Shown here one piece after another: positions 12,901 through 26,004 of a stretch of DNA of 64,000 bases. A model generated the notes under the pieces. The model made no database searches. It saw only the letters and a list, made by a program, of their open reading frames with translations, and was not told the origin of the DNA. This stretch comes from Haliotis rufescens (taxonomy: Eukaryota). Where the stretch lies: contig NW_025963779.1 of the NCBI RefSeq assembly GCF_023055435.1, positions 65,968,001 through 66,032,000 on the forward strand. Reading direction: 5' to 3'. Both the position numbers and the translations under genes were made by a program. How positions within the stretch are numbered: the first letter of the stretch is position 1; every line of letters starts with the position of its first letter.

Positions 12901-15900
12901 GGGGAAGCACAACACGTGGCCATCGAGCAGGTAACTCGTACTTCTGTAGCCTGATGAAAGTTTGAAGCAAGTTGATTCACCGTTTGAGCTCGATTTCGTA
13001 GAGGCTGGTTTCGGATGAATCAATCCTGTACTCTGATCGTTGACCTGGGACGCCCAGAACGGAGTCGATCGTCACCATTTTGGGTTTGTTGGTACCTGCT
13101 TCATAGTCTGCTAATCGCAGACTGTGAAACATTGAACGTTTTGGCCACCACACCCTGACCTCTGCCATTTTCCAGCATGTTAATAGCCTATAGACGCCGC
13201 ATCGCTAGTTCATACAAAACAATGAGTGAAATCACGCAAGTCACAACTGTATGAGAGGCAGAGAGAATAAGATTGACAGAAATAATGGTCCACAGAGATT
13301 AATCGACATTCCTTTAAAGTGTCAAATTCACGCCCTACGCACTTGTGGGGTGCTACTGTGTGAGGCACGTGCACAATATATGATGTGTTTTGATGTTATG
13401 TTTTACAGACATAATCGTTCCTGCGAAGGATGTTTGTCGTCAACACGTATCTTTGTTCTTATACTTGGTGCATACATTTATACTGCATGATACCTTTATT
13501 GAAGAATATATAAATTGTGAGTATTTTCTTATTGTCTAACCTGATTTTTGTTTTGTTTTTGTTGTTTTTGTTTTGTTTTTTGGTTTAAATTTTTATTTTA
13601 TTATGTTTCCTATCATATTTCACATTTCATTTTCACACATAGAGTGTGCATGGACTAGTTATTACATTCGGCATAATTATTATAGTGAGATGTGGTTTAT
13701 TCAATGCCAAAATACAAAATTATAACAAAATACATGTTTGCTGCATAGACAGATGAAATATCATAGTTAATACAGGGTTTCTAAATAATTAATGTAAAGA
13801 ACCAGAAGGCATCGAAACTTGCATAAATACAATAAAAATATGCAATACATTTTGTAATCTCATAATATCTAAATATTTCTTTTAGAATAAGTAGTACAAT
13901 TGGTTTTGCCTTTTCTATTAAATGTATAAAGCATCGATTTTGTTACCATAATTAATGTAGTGATTGAATTGTTATTCGTCAGCAGATATTTAATAGTACC
14001 CATCAGCATACCTTTGATTTTTTTTATTATTTCTTATCATTTTTGCTAAGATTTCTGCACAAAGAATATAGATATATGGGGATATTGGACCCCCCTCCCT
14101 GGCGACAACCCCTCATAACATTAAAATGGGACTAGCATATTCATTTACCAAAAACACATGATTCGATATTTTCAAAAAATTAAAAATGTAAATACTTTTT
14201 GCATAAAATTCCTTTCCACAGAATCAAATGCTTTTTCAAAATCAGTTTATAAAAGCCCTTTCCCTTTTGTATATCTGAAAGTGAAAGAGAAAGAGAAGTA
14301 CTAGAATGATCAGAATGTATACTGAGGGTTATAGGATTATATCGCATTCTTCAACTGAGTGTTAAACATTGTGTGAGACTGAAACATAATCCAAACGTGC
14401 TTGGTGTTGGCTGTCGGCAGGTGAATCTTTTTGAAGGCGTATATAATCCTCGTCATGGGTCTTTAAGATCTCAACTATCAATTGTTTCCAGAAGTACCTT
14501 CCTTGCTTTGGGATGATGAATCCGTTTATAATTCCAAGTGTCCTTGTCGTCATCAAGTATGAGGTTCCAATCACCACATGAAATGATTCTTTCTTGTGGT
14601 TATTCTACAGTTACTTCATCAATACTAAATCTAATGCCACAAAGTTACCTTCATCTTTATCTAGAATTGAATGCATAACCATGAATGCAAAATTGTTATT
14701 AAATTAAAACGATGTACCCTTTGCATTGGCTTTTTGAAGAACAAATTTAACAGTCTTTATAACCCCATTGTTGTTTAATTATCTGGGCTTTTTTCATTTC
14801 TCAAAAAAACTAAATACTTGTTTCTTTTTAAAAGTGTTATGTAAGCCTCTACAATTTAATGATAATATGTTAAATTTTCCCTCTGTGTACTTTGTCATAA
14901 ATTACATATTTTGCCATTATAAAATAGGTATAATTTTGTTTATGTTGTATATATTTGCACACGTCAGGTTTGGATGGAAAAAAGTATTAAATATGAACAT
15001 AAACATGACGAAGTATGAAAAATAAATGCTTCCTTCGGTTTCATACCGAATCCATACCTAAAACCGCCCAAGTATAAGTAGACAACGGTATTAATACAAT
15101 GTCAGTGACTGCTCAACGTCAGGTATCAAACACAAGTATTTTCGATTAAATGAATCACTTGCACACTGATAAAAATCAATGTTTTATATAGCAAGGACTA
15201 ATATATTTACAGGGCATTATTATCTTAGTGTCTTTTTAAAAGTGTCTTGCTACATGCATTGAAAGTCAGTAAAACATTTTATCGCTCGTGAATGAACACT
15301 GAGAGAAAACACGTGTGATGTGTCCTTGGCCTTGGAAACGAAAACATCCGGTTAAGAGTTCACGCAGTCACCTTGTCAAACGTTGATAAACAAATCAACG
15401 TGCTTATCGGCAAGCTTCACGTGGTCTCATTTCTTATCCTATCATACCGTGATCCGAAGAAGATCCAACGTTGGATCCATATATGTGTAAAACAAATTTA
15501 TGAATGAACTTCATCAAAGATATATCATCTGTGACCTGAACGTGATGTGGATCTTTAGCTGACACTGACATCACGTTCAGGTCACAGATGATATCATCTT
15601 GAAGCCCAATGGCTTTCCACGAAGAGGTAATGTTCCTTCTGTACCCAGGAATCACATCGATGCCTTTCTAGGAGATTATGGTCTGTACTTTATGTTCTGT
15701 GCAGAAAATGTAGGCCTTTGCCACTGTACCTTTTCAGAAGAACAGGTAGATCAGTACGGTCGATACCTTTCTTTCCCTTAACATTGCCGAGTTTGAGAAA
15801 CTACCTTGCCACACATCCTGATTATCAGCCATATGTACAAATTAAGATATGTACAGATTAAGGAGAGTTTTTTAACGCTCATCTGTAGTGTGGCGTGACA

Positions 15901-18900
15901 GCCGGTGAATGTCTACAACATCCAAGGCGGAAGTAAACCCCATGTCCGAGAAAAGTTCATGACAAGATACACCTGGCTGCTCTTTGTCGGGGATGCCATA
16001 GACAAGCAAGTTTTGTTTTGGGGAATACATTTCTTGTGTAAGCAGGTTATTTCCCATTTCTTTTCTGAAATCAGCAAAATCCTGTCTTATATTTTCAATT
16101 TCTTTTCTGTTACATGCGATATGCTCAGTGTTCATCTCGGCATATTGTACTAAGTCATCAGTCACATACGTATTTTCACTATTTCCTCATTTATTTCTTC
16201 CATTTTCAGTGTGAGTTCTGTAGCATTCTTAAAGCGTTTTTTATGAGAGTTTTCATGTCGTGATTTTTTTCGCCTACCTAGTTTCCTGTGTTGTTTTCTG
16301 CTATATATGATGTGTTTTCATTTTGGTGTAGGTATTCCTCCATTCTGCCTTTTGAAGATCTTTCAGAGGTGTCTGTTTTACTTTGTCCAGATCCTTGTCG
16401 TGTTGCTGGCATTGTATTTTGTCAGGATTGTGGCGGATTTCGGGAGCTGGTACAATCTAGCAACCTGTCGCTATACGAGTACAACCAGAAGTTGGCTGAT
16501 ACTTGATGTAGCGGGAAAACATTAATGCTCAGTATGTGTAAAATGAAGAAAGTGTATTTGCTTCACACGAACACTATTCCGTACCTACCCACTAGACCCA
16601 CGAACTCTATGACATAGACAATATATTTAACATATGTTTCATACTCCTCTAGGAAAAGAAAGAAATGCACAATCAGCTATCTAACTATATATAAAATGTA
16701 AGGCACCTGGCAGCATTTCATTGATTTGTTTACAAAGTTACATAGAGAAATATCAAACCCATCTTAACCATGTTCAGTTCAATGCTTCCAAACTGACACA
16801 GCTACAACAGGGTCATGTCGATGGACCCATGCATGCATGGTAGGGGACATAAACATTATGATAAAGGTGGTTGCACTATTTATATTTTTGTTTCTTGTTT
16901 AAAGGCGGAATATTCCAGCTATCTGAAGGCGGCCTGTACATTACTGATTCTGGACCCGATAATCCAGTGATTGATAACACTCCCGGACGGCTTTTCTTTG
17001 TTTGTTGTTTAACGCCGCAATCAGCAATATTCCAGCTATATGACGCCGGTCTGTACATAATCGAGACTGGTTCAGACAATCCAATGATTGATATCATGAG
17101 CATCAACATACATCAACCAAGTCAGCGAGCCTGACCACCCGATCCAATTAATGGGCTCTTACGTCAAGCATAGTCGCCTTTTACGACACGCATGGGTCGC
17201 TGAAGACCTATTCTAACCCGGATCTCCACGATATTTACGTGCAACACTCCCGGCCGTCAGGATAGGCTAACATACCCACAACCATGTCTCCGATCCTATT
17301 CATCCAATTCATTAAGTCGCATCTGACTTACAACCACCATGGGTTGCTTGTGAATATGTCGTACCCAGAATTTCCTTGGGAGTAAATTTAATTTTACCTA
17401 GAGCAGGGATGAGTTGCTTAAGATCGGCCACCATCTTGGAAATATTGTAATTGGAGATACCGGAAGGCTTGTCGGAGTCACCATAGCCTCTCAAATCAAT
17501 GGCCACAACCCTGGGGGAAATAACACAGGTCTTCAAACTCGTGATGAAAAAGGAGGAAAAACAAATATCACAGGAATCAGTAGGACACCAGATCTATGAC
17601 GTTTACCACTGTGGTGAAATCCATGAACAAGGGTACTGTGCTGACAAAGATAAACACAATTTGGATACGATGACATGCATCATCTAAGTCGGAGAGCCTG
17701 ACCACCCGATCCCCGTTAGTCGCCACTTACGACAAGCATAGTCTTCTCTTACGGCACGCATGAGTTCCTGAAGACCAGTTCTACCCCAGATCTTCACCGG
17801 TCCTTCAACATGTAATATGTTAAATAATAAAACTAAATAACAATAATTATCCATCCATTATAGTAAAAGCGACAAAACCCATATTCATCAGACATCTCTG
17901 CTAAACGCAGAGTCGATTCTACGATTCCGACTATATCATGAGCATGTGTTTATAAATCACTATCAAATAGTGATGATACAAAACACATGCAAAGTCGAGT
18001 CAATTCTTCATTTAAAAAAAACCCACGGGAACATACGTTGCAAGTGAAAATAAGGAATTGCATCGGATATCATTTTTGTCACTGATGGTCAAATTTGGAA
18101 ATGTTCTCCACGTGTCTACATAAAACCTTTTGAAAGCTTTACCGAGACCGTGGATGTTGTAACCTTGATCAAACAACCTCTGAGAAAAGTAATATGACAC
18201 ACTTTGAAATCGTGGTAGAAGGAGAATGCTCGAGTGTACAACAACAGCTGTGATAAGGATGGAGTGGCTGGAATATTGCTCGACGTGAAGGGACAGCTGA
18301 CCATTGGAAAGTTGAAGTTATCCCTCCTGTCATACAGTCTTGTGGAAAGAATGTTGATGCATAGATATAAATACGAAACGGATAATGCAGTCTCACTGGT
18401 CTCCGGTTCAGATGTGAAAATCAGTTGAAGGGAATTAGCCATCTGATGGTTATTAAACGATATTAGATCATCGATATACCTAAAGCTATAGTTAAACATG
18501 TTGACCGAATTCCCTTGTTTTGACTTTGCCAATCTGAGTTGAAATTCCGATTCATATTGTGGGTATATATGCTATGCATGCACGTTGTGGTATAGGGGAG
18601 GTAACTCTTTGGTAACTCTTCACGTGCGAGGTGCGTCACATGAATGGAACTTCACGTGCGATATAACACATGTGCTCGCCGGGGTCAGCCATCTTAGATG
18701 TTGTGCACGACTGTTACATTCCTGAATAAATATTGGAACATGTTCAAGACTTGTCATACGACGGACACAACACATACTAGTATGCATTTAAAAACATGTC
18801 TTACCTCCAAATCTTACATGGATGTAATCAAAGTCCAGCATTTCGCATATTGTTTTCTCAGTAAACTTAAGATGGCATTTGCTTTCATTGTGGACAAATT

Positions 18901-21900
18901 GAGAGATATGAAACTGTATCTATTTTGTAACAACAGCCCCATGGATCAAGGAATGAAGTTTTCTCTTAAGTCTCTCATGTGGGATAGTGGTGTACAAACT
19001 TGAAAGGTCAAATGTTTTGACTGAATAAATCTTGGTTCTTTTCTGCGATTACAAAAAGTCAAGCAAATCCTTTGAGATTTTGAGAATCCACATGGTATTA
19101 ATAACACTTGTCGCAAATACTTTCTGTGAATATAAAAAAGTCCTTCCTTGATTGTATCAATGATTATGGTTTTTCTTTGAGACTGGGAGTTGGTGGTACA
19201 TTTGCTTGACCGGCATATATCTATCTTATTTTTTATGAAGCTTTGTAATCCAGTATAATAGAGGAATGGGCATTTCTGCAGGTTTTAGAGTCAAGTTCAA
19301 AGTTGTTAATACTTATGCATGCTTTTGGCAAATTTCTTCCTCAGTTAACATACTGGGCTTTTATGTGGCATGTCACTTATGCATTTATCAAGTTCTTTGA
19401 TCAAGCAATTGATAAGGTGATGCTTACATATGATCGTTATGTTATTTGAGGCCTTGTCAGTGGCAACAAGTACATGTACAAACTTTTCATGTCAGGCAGC
19501 CAGACTTTTGATGACAGCTAGCTGGGACAGAATGGATGTATTCAAAATCTTTTTCAATTTGTGCATTCTACCAATGTTAAGATCAAGCACTGACTTAACC
19601 CACTCTGACAGATATTCAACAGGCTTCTCTTCTCTTTTTGCCTATTTTTGGCAACTGTTTCGACAGCATCCAAAATTATTTTAAAGTTGTGATGAAACGG
19701 TTACATATCATCATGATCATTTCATTATTAGATTGGAAAGACCCTAAACACATAGTAATTCTGTGTGGTGAAAGCTGTCATAATCACCTGTAATCCTTCT
19801 TGAACTCACGCAGCTGGTATCGCCATGAGTACCAGAACTCTGGGAACCCATGGACAAACAGCATTAGGGGCTTGGTCTCGTCGCCCTGGGCAACGTAGTG
19901 GATCTTTACCTCCTGAAATGAGTAGAGCAATGTAAATATGGTGCAGTATCTACAGTAGCGTACATTTGATCCAAACAAGATGAAACCGTATTATGGATAA
20001 CTTCTTTATTCTTTATCCATAACAAGTGTAATGTCTCCATGTTCTTCTACCTTCTACCATGACTATATATCCTGTTGGTAGCCTCTGCAGTCTCATGGAT
20101 AGAGTGTCTGTATGGGGTGCGGAAGGTCCCCGGCTCCGTCATACCAAAACACGTTAAAACACACGTGCATTCACGTCGCTATATAAGCGCTATACGTGTA
20201 ATAATCTTGAAAGCGACGTTAACCCCCAAATTCACTTCATCTCACATCACCTGTCAAAGACTTTAACATTTGTCATATCATTCATAAAATTTATTAACAA
20301 ATGTAATACAGAATTAACTTGACTAACATGAATTATAACTGAAAACGGTGTCAGCATGATCAGCTCCTACATAAAGTTTCATCCTCACAATATTAAATTT
20401 TTGTATGTTCGATATATTAATATAACTCACCGCTCAGGGTTAGGTTACAAATTATAGATTTGGGGCCATCAAATCTTAAGGTAACACACATCACAAGACA
20501 TAGCTCTGTATTGAAAACACAGAACTTGATGTATTTATCTTCATTCTAGCACGAAAATATTAAACGCAAACTCTTTGGTGTCAGCGTGAGTGAGTGAATC
20601 AGCATCGACTGAATTCAGCTTTTTTAAACAGTTTGTCAATTAGCAAGGGTCAGAATCAAAGACACACTGATCATCATCTTGAAAAAATGAAAGTCACTTT
20701 GTACGAATGATACACTGAAACATTGTTTTTTACATCGATTTACTTTGCTCACACATATGATGAGTATTATAAAATATGTTGAATAGCTACTGAAGACATT
20801 GAGTGGACAACCCTGAAATGAAGCAAACCTTGCAAGGTTTCGTTCTGCACCGTACACCACGTTATCATGATTATGACACCACATCGTTCATTGTGACGTA
20901 ATCGCTATGACAGAATCGACAGTTCAATCTGTCAGTCGTCACAAAAACGTGTAGTATCTTCCATAGTGAATGTCTATTATGTCTACCTGATATGTATTGC
21001 CATGCATACATTGTTTATTGTTAGAAACGTAACTCTGCATTTAGTATCCTACAAATTGTATTGATAATATAGTTCAAAATTTACCGACAATGACTGACAC
21101 GTTTAAGAAAGAAGTACTTTCCAATATAAATATTATCTTCCGTTGTGATAAATATTATCTTCTGTAGTGAGTGATGCAGCTGTCAAATCAGCTGTGTCTA
21201 TCAAAGGTAGTTATTGTGACTTGAAGCCTCAAAATATACCGACAATGATTGACACGTTTGACAAAGAAGTATACGAGGAGACTAAATGGATCGGGTGGTC
21301 AGGATCTGTGGCTGTGTTGACTGTGTACCGTCGATGTGAATTATTGTTCATAATATCAGTCACTGGATTGTATGGTCAAGGCACAGATAGATGTGGACCA
21401 CTGTCATAAAGTTGGATTTTTATCAAACAACAAACAAACAGTAAAAGCCTAGAAGTAATATTGATATATCCGACTTTTGTTTGGTCTCTAGTCTGCAGGT
21501 ATGTGTGTCACGTCTATTGTACAATTTATCATTTATGTATGTCATCAGCTGATCAACATGACCAATATGTGAAAAATACTTCTAAGCTGCCAAGTGATAA
21601 GCAAATAATCACAGCTGATAGTGAGTATGTGAGTATGTTTTTACGCCGCTTTAAGCAATATTCCAGCAATATCACGGCGGGGGACACCAGAAATGGGCTT
21701 CACACATTGTACCCATGTCGGGAATCGAACCCGGGTCTTCGGCGTGACGAGCGAACGCTTTAACCACTAGGCTACCCGACCGCCCCACAGCTGGTAGAAT
21801 GTGTGAATATGCATAATGTATTGTCTGTGAGACCCTTGACATTTTAGAGCCGAAATTAAACATGAATTAATGTGTGCACATGAAACCATGGTAACAGAGA

Positions 21901-22528
21901 TCTCTGTGGAACGTTTAGGGACATTCACGTTGATAATATTTATTGCAATAATGCATACACCAGGGAAATTGTAATAATTATAATCATGTCACTCATGATA
22001 AGGTTCTTAATAATATCTTACATTAACATAATAAAATTAATATTGTTTATTATTATGCCTCAACGGCGTATTAACGCCCACAAAACATGAACAAATGGTT
22101 TTCAAATGACTCAGCACAATTTTAGTCGAAAGTCTACAAAATACATGTATCCCTGATGGCGATAAGTCTGTTAACTGCACTCGCTTGTTATCTGTGGCCA
22201 AAATTGCTCAACTTCGTACAATTTCATGTCGCGAAATCTGGAACGTCTGCATAGTTAATATTATGAGCACAAATTATTTGCAAAGAAAACATCAAATGTC
22301 CTGCTTTGACGAATGATATGTTTTTTTACTTACCTCCAAGTGGACATAGCCATGCGTCCCCAAGTCCGGGTCGTTTAGAACTGATGGCATCACATCTCGT
22401 TTTTTTCGTGAGAAAAATGCGATAGGGTGTCTCACAAACAATGCAAATAAAGCGAAGAAAACGAATGTTGAATAAAAACATCCCAGCCCGAAGGAGATCC
22501 ACCTGAAAAAAATGTCTTTAATCGCCAT
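6908..22528 (-). CDS. EPHX4: Epoxide hydrolase 4-like copy B, complete 6-exon gene, 335 aa
   Basis: Exons 22334-22528, 19788-19912, 17398-17510, 11616-11784, 8856-9010, 6908-7158. All GT-AG, phases 0/2/1/2/1, 1008 nt with stop. Motifs HGFPE, DLRGYG, HDWGG, NYYR, WGCKD, ASHWV. Confidence 0.93.
7800..8260 (-). mobile_element. MULE-type transposase relic
   Basis: [17 protein letters not shown] resembles the MULE DGTF-x2-CP motif; heavily degraded. Confidence 0.4.
9480..10060 (+). mobile_element. Non-LTR retrotransposon RT fragment
   Basis: [15 protein letters not shown]...[18 protein letters not shown], the typical LINE RT N-terminal motifs. Confidence 0.8.
10075..10872 (-). mobile_element. 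Tc1-like transposase relic interrupted by a SINE1 copy
   Basis: [17 protein letters not shown]... and [27 protein letters not shown] (HTH / GRPR-like), continuous across the SINE. Confidence 0.7.
10298..10659 (+). mobile_element. tRNA-derived SINE family 1, full length
   Basis: Near-identical to 2688-3041; 12-bp TSD CGTAGCCTTATG at 10286-10297 and 10660-10671. Confidence 0.9.
10893..11098 (-). mobile_element. SINE family 1, 3'-truncated copy
   Basis: Reverse complement of 10299-10504 with few mismatches. Confidence 0.9.
12047..13480 (-). mobile_element. Degenerate Tc1/mariner element
   Basis: [26 protein letters not shown]-terminus and FQDNNARAH-like DDE region. A related 3' fragment lies at 42832-43080. 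Confidence 0.75.
12663..12825 (+). mobile_element. tRNA-derived SINE family 2
   Basis: GGGGTGGTCGGGTAGCCTAGTGG...GGTTCGATTCCC head, (ACTC)n tail, TSD CACTTAAAAACA at 12651-12662 and 12826-12837. Confidence 0.9.
13545..16550 (-). mobile_element. Internally deleted L1/Tx1-like LINE
   Basis: ORF1-like coiled coil plus NLLVYGIPD (15872-16165); APE endonuclease motifs QARLDY and HSDHS (14300-14410) followed by GKGFYKL; A-rich tail at 13545-13585. Confidence 0.7.
16990..17231 (-). mobile_element. Family 3 short retroposon (no tRNA head)
   Basis: Matches 26005-26242; partial extra copies at 16890-16980 and 17660-17800. Confidence 0.85.
17866..19690 (-). mobile_element. Penelope-like retroelement RT relic with 3' region
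   Basis: [29 protein letters not shown] and [11 protein letters not shown] motifs in order; many frameshifts and stops. Confidence 0.75.
21622..21785 (-). mobile_element. tRNA-derived SINE family 2
   Basis: Full consensus copy; imperfect TSD CACAGCTG(A/G)TAG. Confidence 0.9.
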
Positions 22529-23536
22529 ACTTCCTGGTTGTGAAAGTCAAAAGTGCTGGCGGGAATGAATAGAACGAAATTAGTTCGTCCCTCTTATATG
22601 TGGTAATGCGTGGACTTTGATCCGTTTCATAAACTGTTTAACATTGATAACACTGTGCATGCTGGTATAGGATTTCATGGGCACGTAGCTACTTTGTAAA
22701 GCGAACATTGTCCAACTGGACGGAAAGAAAAGATAAGCTGCTCGTCATATCATTACGACCTTGAACTTCATTTTGCAAGTGGGACTAGCTCCCGTCATAG
22801 TGTGACTTTTCACACAGACAGTGAAACGCTGCACAAAGCAATATTTAAGGTGTATCAAAGCGGCCGGAAAGTGAGCATGTTGAGACCAGACAAACCTGAC
22901 GTTGAAAATAGATATGTACCACGCAGTCAAGCTACGATGACAGGAAATCCACCACGTCGCCAAGCCTTACAACCCGCCACTTATGATAAGTAGTTGAATG
23001 CTGGTGGCCTCACAGCTGGCTCTCACTTTCGACAACGGGTTGCCTGCCAAAATGCAGTGTCATAGATTGTGTCATCTAGCCCTGATAGCAGGGGCTATAA
23101 TCACGCTATCGTCTGAAATAAAGCGACAAAACCCTTTCCATGGCCATAAAGCAGAGTCGATTGTACGATTCCGACTATATCATAGTGTTTATGAATCACT
23201 ACCAAATAGAAATGATACCAGGTGTTCGCGAGTCGGAAAATGACAATGATTTTGTAACCTAATGGAAGTAGTAGGTCGGACAAATGTAGCCTCTGTAGCT
23301 CTGTAGCACAGATGAAACAGTTTTCTGTAATATTATATTACCATTATTTGACCAGAAAGGTTATACAAACACATGCAAAGGCAAGTTAACTGTTCATCTG
23401 AAAAACATGTGAACATATGGTACCAGTCAAAATAGGGAATTGCATCGGACATCATTTTATCACTGATGCGTCAAATTTGTACGCAACGTAGCAACGTTCG
23501 GAAGAAAATGAGTACTTCCAAAAACAAGTTAGTCGC

Positions 23537-23640
23537 AAAACTAGGAGACTTAATTGTGATGGTAATTGATAAAAGCTATTGTAGCACATTGGGACAGGAA
23601 ACAAGGGGTAAACATGGAATAAACAGTGTAAAATAGAATA
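23537..23640 (-). pseudogene. Relic of EPHX4-like exon 6 start and intron 5 end
   Basis: Reads (G)ATIAFINYHHN* versus [11 protein letters not shown]; acceptor CAG mutated to AAT; upstream matches the intron 5 ends of B and C. Confidence 0.65.
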
Positions 23641-24534
23641 TTTTTTTAATTTGAAGTTTACACGATATACGGCTTTTCCATTGGACGAGAGGTCGGTCAC
23701 CTGACCGCGAAATTGACGTTCATAAGTGTATGAACGACACAATTTGACGTTCATACGTTTTTCACGAGACTGTGTTCTTGAAATGACGTAAACACTGACG
23801 AACTACTTCCACATTCCTGGGGAAGCCCCTGGGAATTCCCTAGCACGATAACACACATAAGCGTTCTTTCTGATCATTTAGAACCTTTATTCTTGGTCTC
23901 AGCGTTTCAGTATACATTGAGAAATGTCAGAGCGCGTGACTGCATGATTGTTCACGAATATCCTCGCTGCGGCCTATCCTAATGACCAAACGATGAAATG
24001 CACATCTAAACTATCGTAGTGTCGACTCGATCCGTGCCTAGGCTGACATTGACCGTCTCCAGCAATCTATGAATTTACCTTAGTGTCTGTTTGACGCATC
24101 TTTATTCACCTTTCAATGATCGGCCAGTTGATCAATGATGACGTACACATGTAACCGCCACACGTTCATTAACAACTCCGGAAATTCTCTCCCGTCACGT
24201 TTATCGTGTCGGCCATTTTGACGTCTTGTACTTGATGTAAATGTATTACGAAGCGCTGTCATTGTGACTGACTTACTGAGGCAGTTCTTTACAGACCTTT
24301 CTCATCTAATAAGGATACGATTTGAACACATGTGCTGCTTAAGATGTTTCTGGAGAGCAAGTTGTGCATCCATACGCCCATGTCACCTCTCTTTTTGAGG
24401 AACTATTTTACTCCGCGATATAGCTGGTTGTTGTATGGCTGTCAGTGTAAACATGAAGTCACACGTACTAAATGAAATTGTGTTTAGATCTTGGCCTACA
24501 TCCTTTGAGGTAAGAAATTGTGATGAAAAAATTA

Positions 24535-24706
24535 TAAGAATTGACATTCACTTTGTGTGAGTTCATTGGAGTATGAACCTTCATAGAGTGGGGGCCAAAC
24601 AGTGTATGAACGTCGTCGCAGGTTCCGACGTTTGTACAGTTTGGCCCTTACTCTAGGAAGGTTCATACTCCAATGAACTCAAACACAAAGTGAAGGTCAA
24701 TTCTTA
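24535..24706. repeat. 172-bp foldback (MITE-like hairpin)
   Basis: TAAGAATTGACATTCACTTTGTGTGAGTTCATTGGAGTATGAACCTTC... is matched by its reverse complement ending at 24706. Confidence 0.9.
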
Positions 24707-24739
24707 ATTGGAAAATACATAACATCTGCAATGGTGTCA

Positions 24740-25040
24740 GATGGTAGTTTTGACACAGCATCAGAATCCACATGCTTGACTCATGGACTGTGTTGTATGG
24801 TAAACTCATACTCAGAGAGGATTTCCAACCAGCGGGCCACCTGTGCCACTGGCTCTTGTAAAGTCATTTTAAACTTCCATGGTCAGTTGTGAGTAAGAAT
24901 GTTTGCCCCATCAGATAATGTCTAAAGTGTTGTGTCATGTAAACCACTGCTAAGAGTTCTTTTCTTGTCACAGGGTATCTTCTTTTAGCTTTAGACAAAG
25001 ATCTACTTGCAAATGTCACTGTTATCTTGAGATGTGGGAG
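24740..25040 (-). mobile_element. Ty3/Gypsy RNase H relic
   Basis: VTRKELLAVVYMTQHFRHYLMGQTFLLTTDH...VAQVARWLEILSEYEFTIQH. Confidence 0.8.
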
Positions 25041-26004
25041 CTAAAATTAATTATGCATCATGGTGTGGACATGTAACGATGCTAACATATCATTTGACCA
25101 CATGGATGTTTTATTTATCTTTCTGTGGAAACGGTTATGGAAATTCATGTTGATAATGTTTATTTCAATTATATACACACCAGGGAAATTGTATAATGAT
25201 AATCATGTCATTCGTGATAATGTTCACAGTGATATCTTAAAAGCCAATTCGCTTGGCTGTTGACACATCGTGTGACATGTAGTCGTTTACAGACTCCCCC
25301 TCGAGGTACGACCGATGGTGAATAAGTCTGAACTTTTGCTGAACTTGTTCACTGTTTTGGTTTATTGACTTTTTCGCAACGAGTCCAATTGGAGAAACTA
25401 TTATATCGTGAAATGGTGGTGCTGTAAATGGACCTATATTCTACCTGGATCAATTTCATTTTGTAACAATGTTGCCATAATCTTTAGATGTCGGTGGGCC
25501 TTCAAGGACCAGGTGGACCCATATACTGTAGAAAAAACGTTTGATAAAAAGCTTGCTGCGTGGACAATAGTGTGACTAACGAGCTAGGTGCTAGGCCTTG
25601 AGTTGGTATTGTTTGCGTTGGGTTTTGTTTGAGTGCTGGGGGTTGGAACAATTTGTTAAAATCCAAGCAAAACTTTGGGACAGTACCGGCAGTTGCACTA
25701 CCCGTGTTGACATTGTTATTGTGGTGGTGTTTGTTACGCGTACGTGCGTTGATTTTTGATTTGGAAGCATATACTGTAACCATAAATAGCCATCTATCGC
25801 CCACCAGGAGCGAGACGGGTCGCGTTGCATTCTTTGTAACCGTGAATCTCCACCGAACCGAATAGCAGCCCCCACCCACCAACCAAGCAGGTCCTATATC
25901 TTCTCTGGGTATTTTCTATGTACGCTCATGAAGATGTTAAACGGGGACGTCCATCGTCAATGCCTGATGGACGCGTTTGTTGTTGTTTGGCTTTAAACAT
26001 TATA

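Noticed and set aside
19784-19787. TGA or TAA directly after exon 2 and exon 4 as premature stops or selenocysteine
   Set aside because: They lie in the intron after the GT donor; the spliced frames are open.
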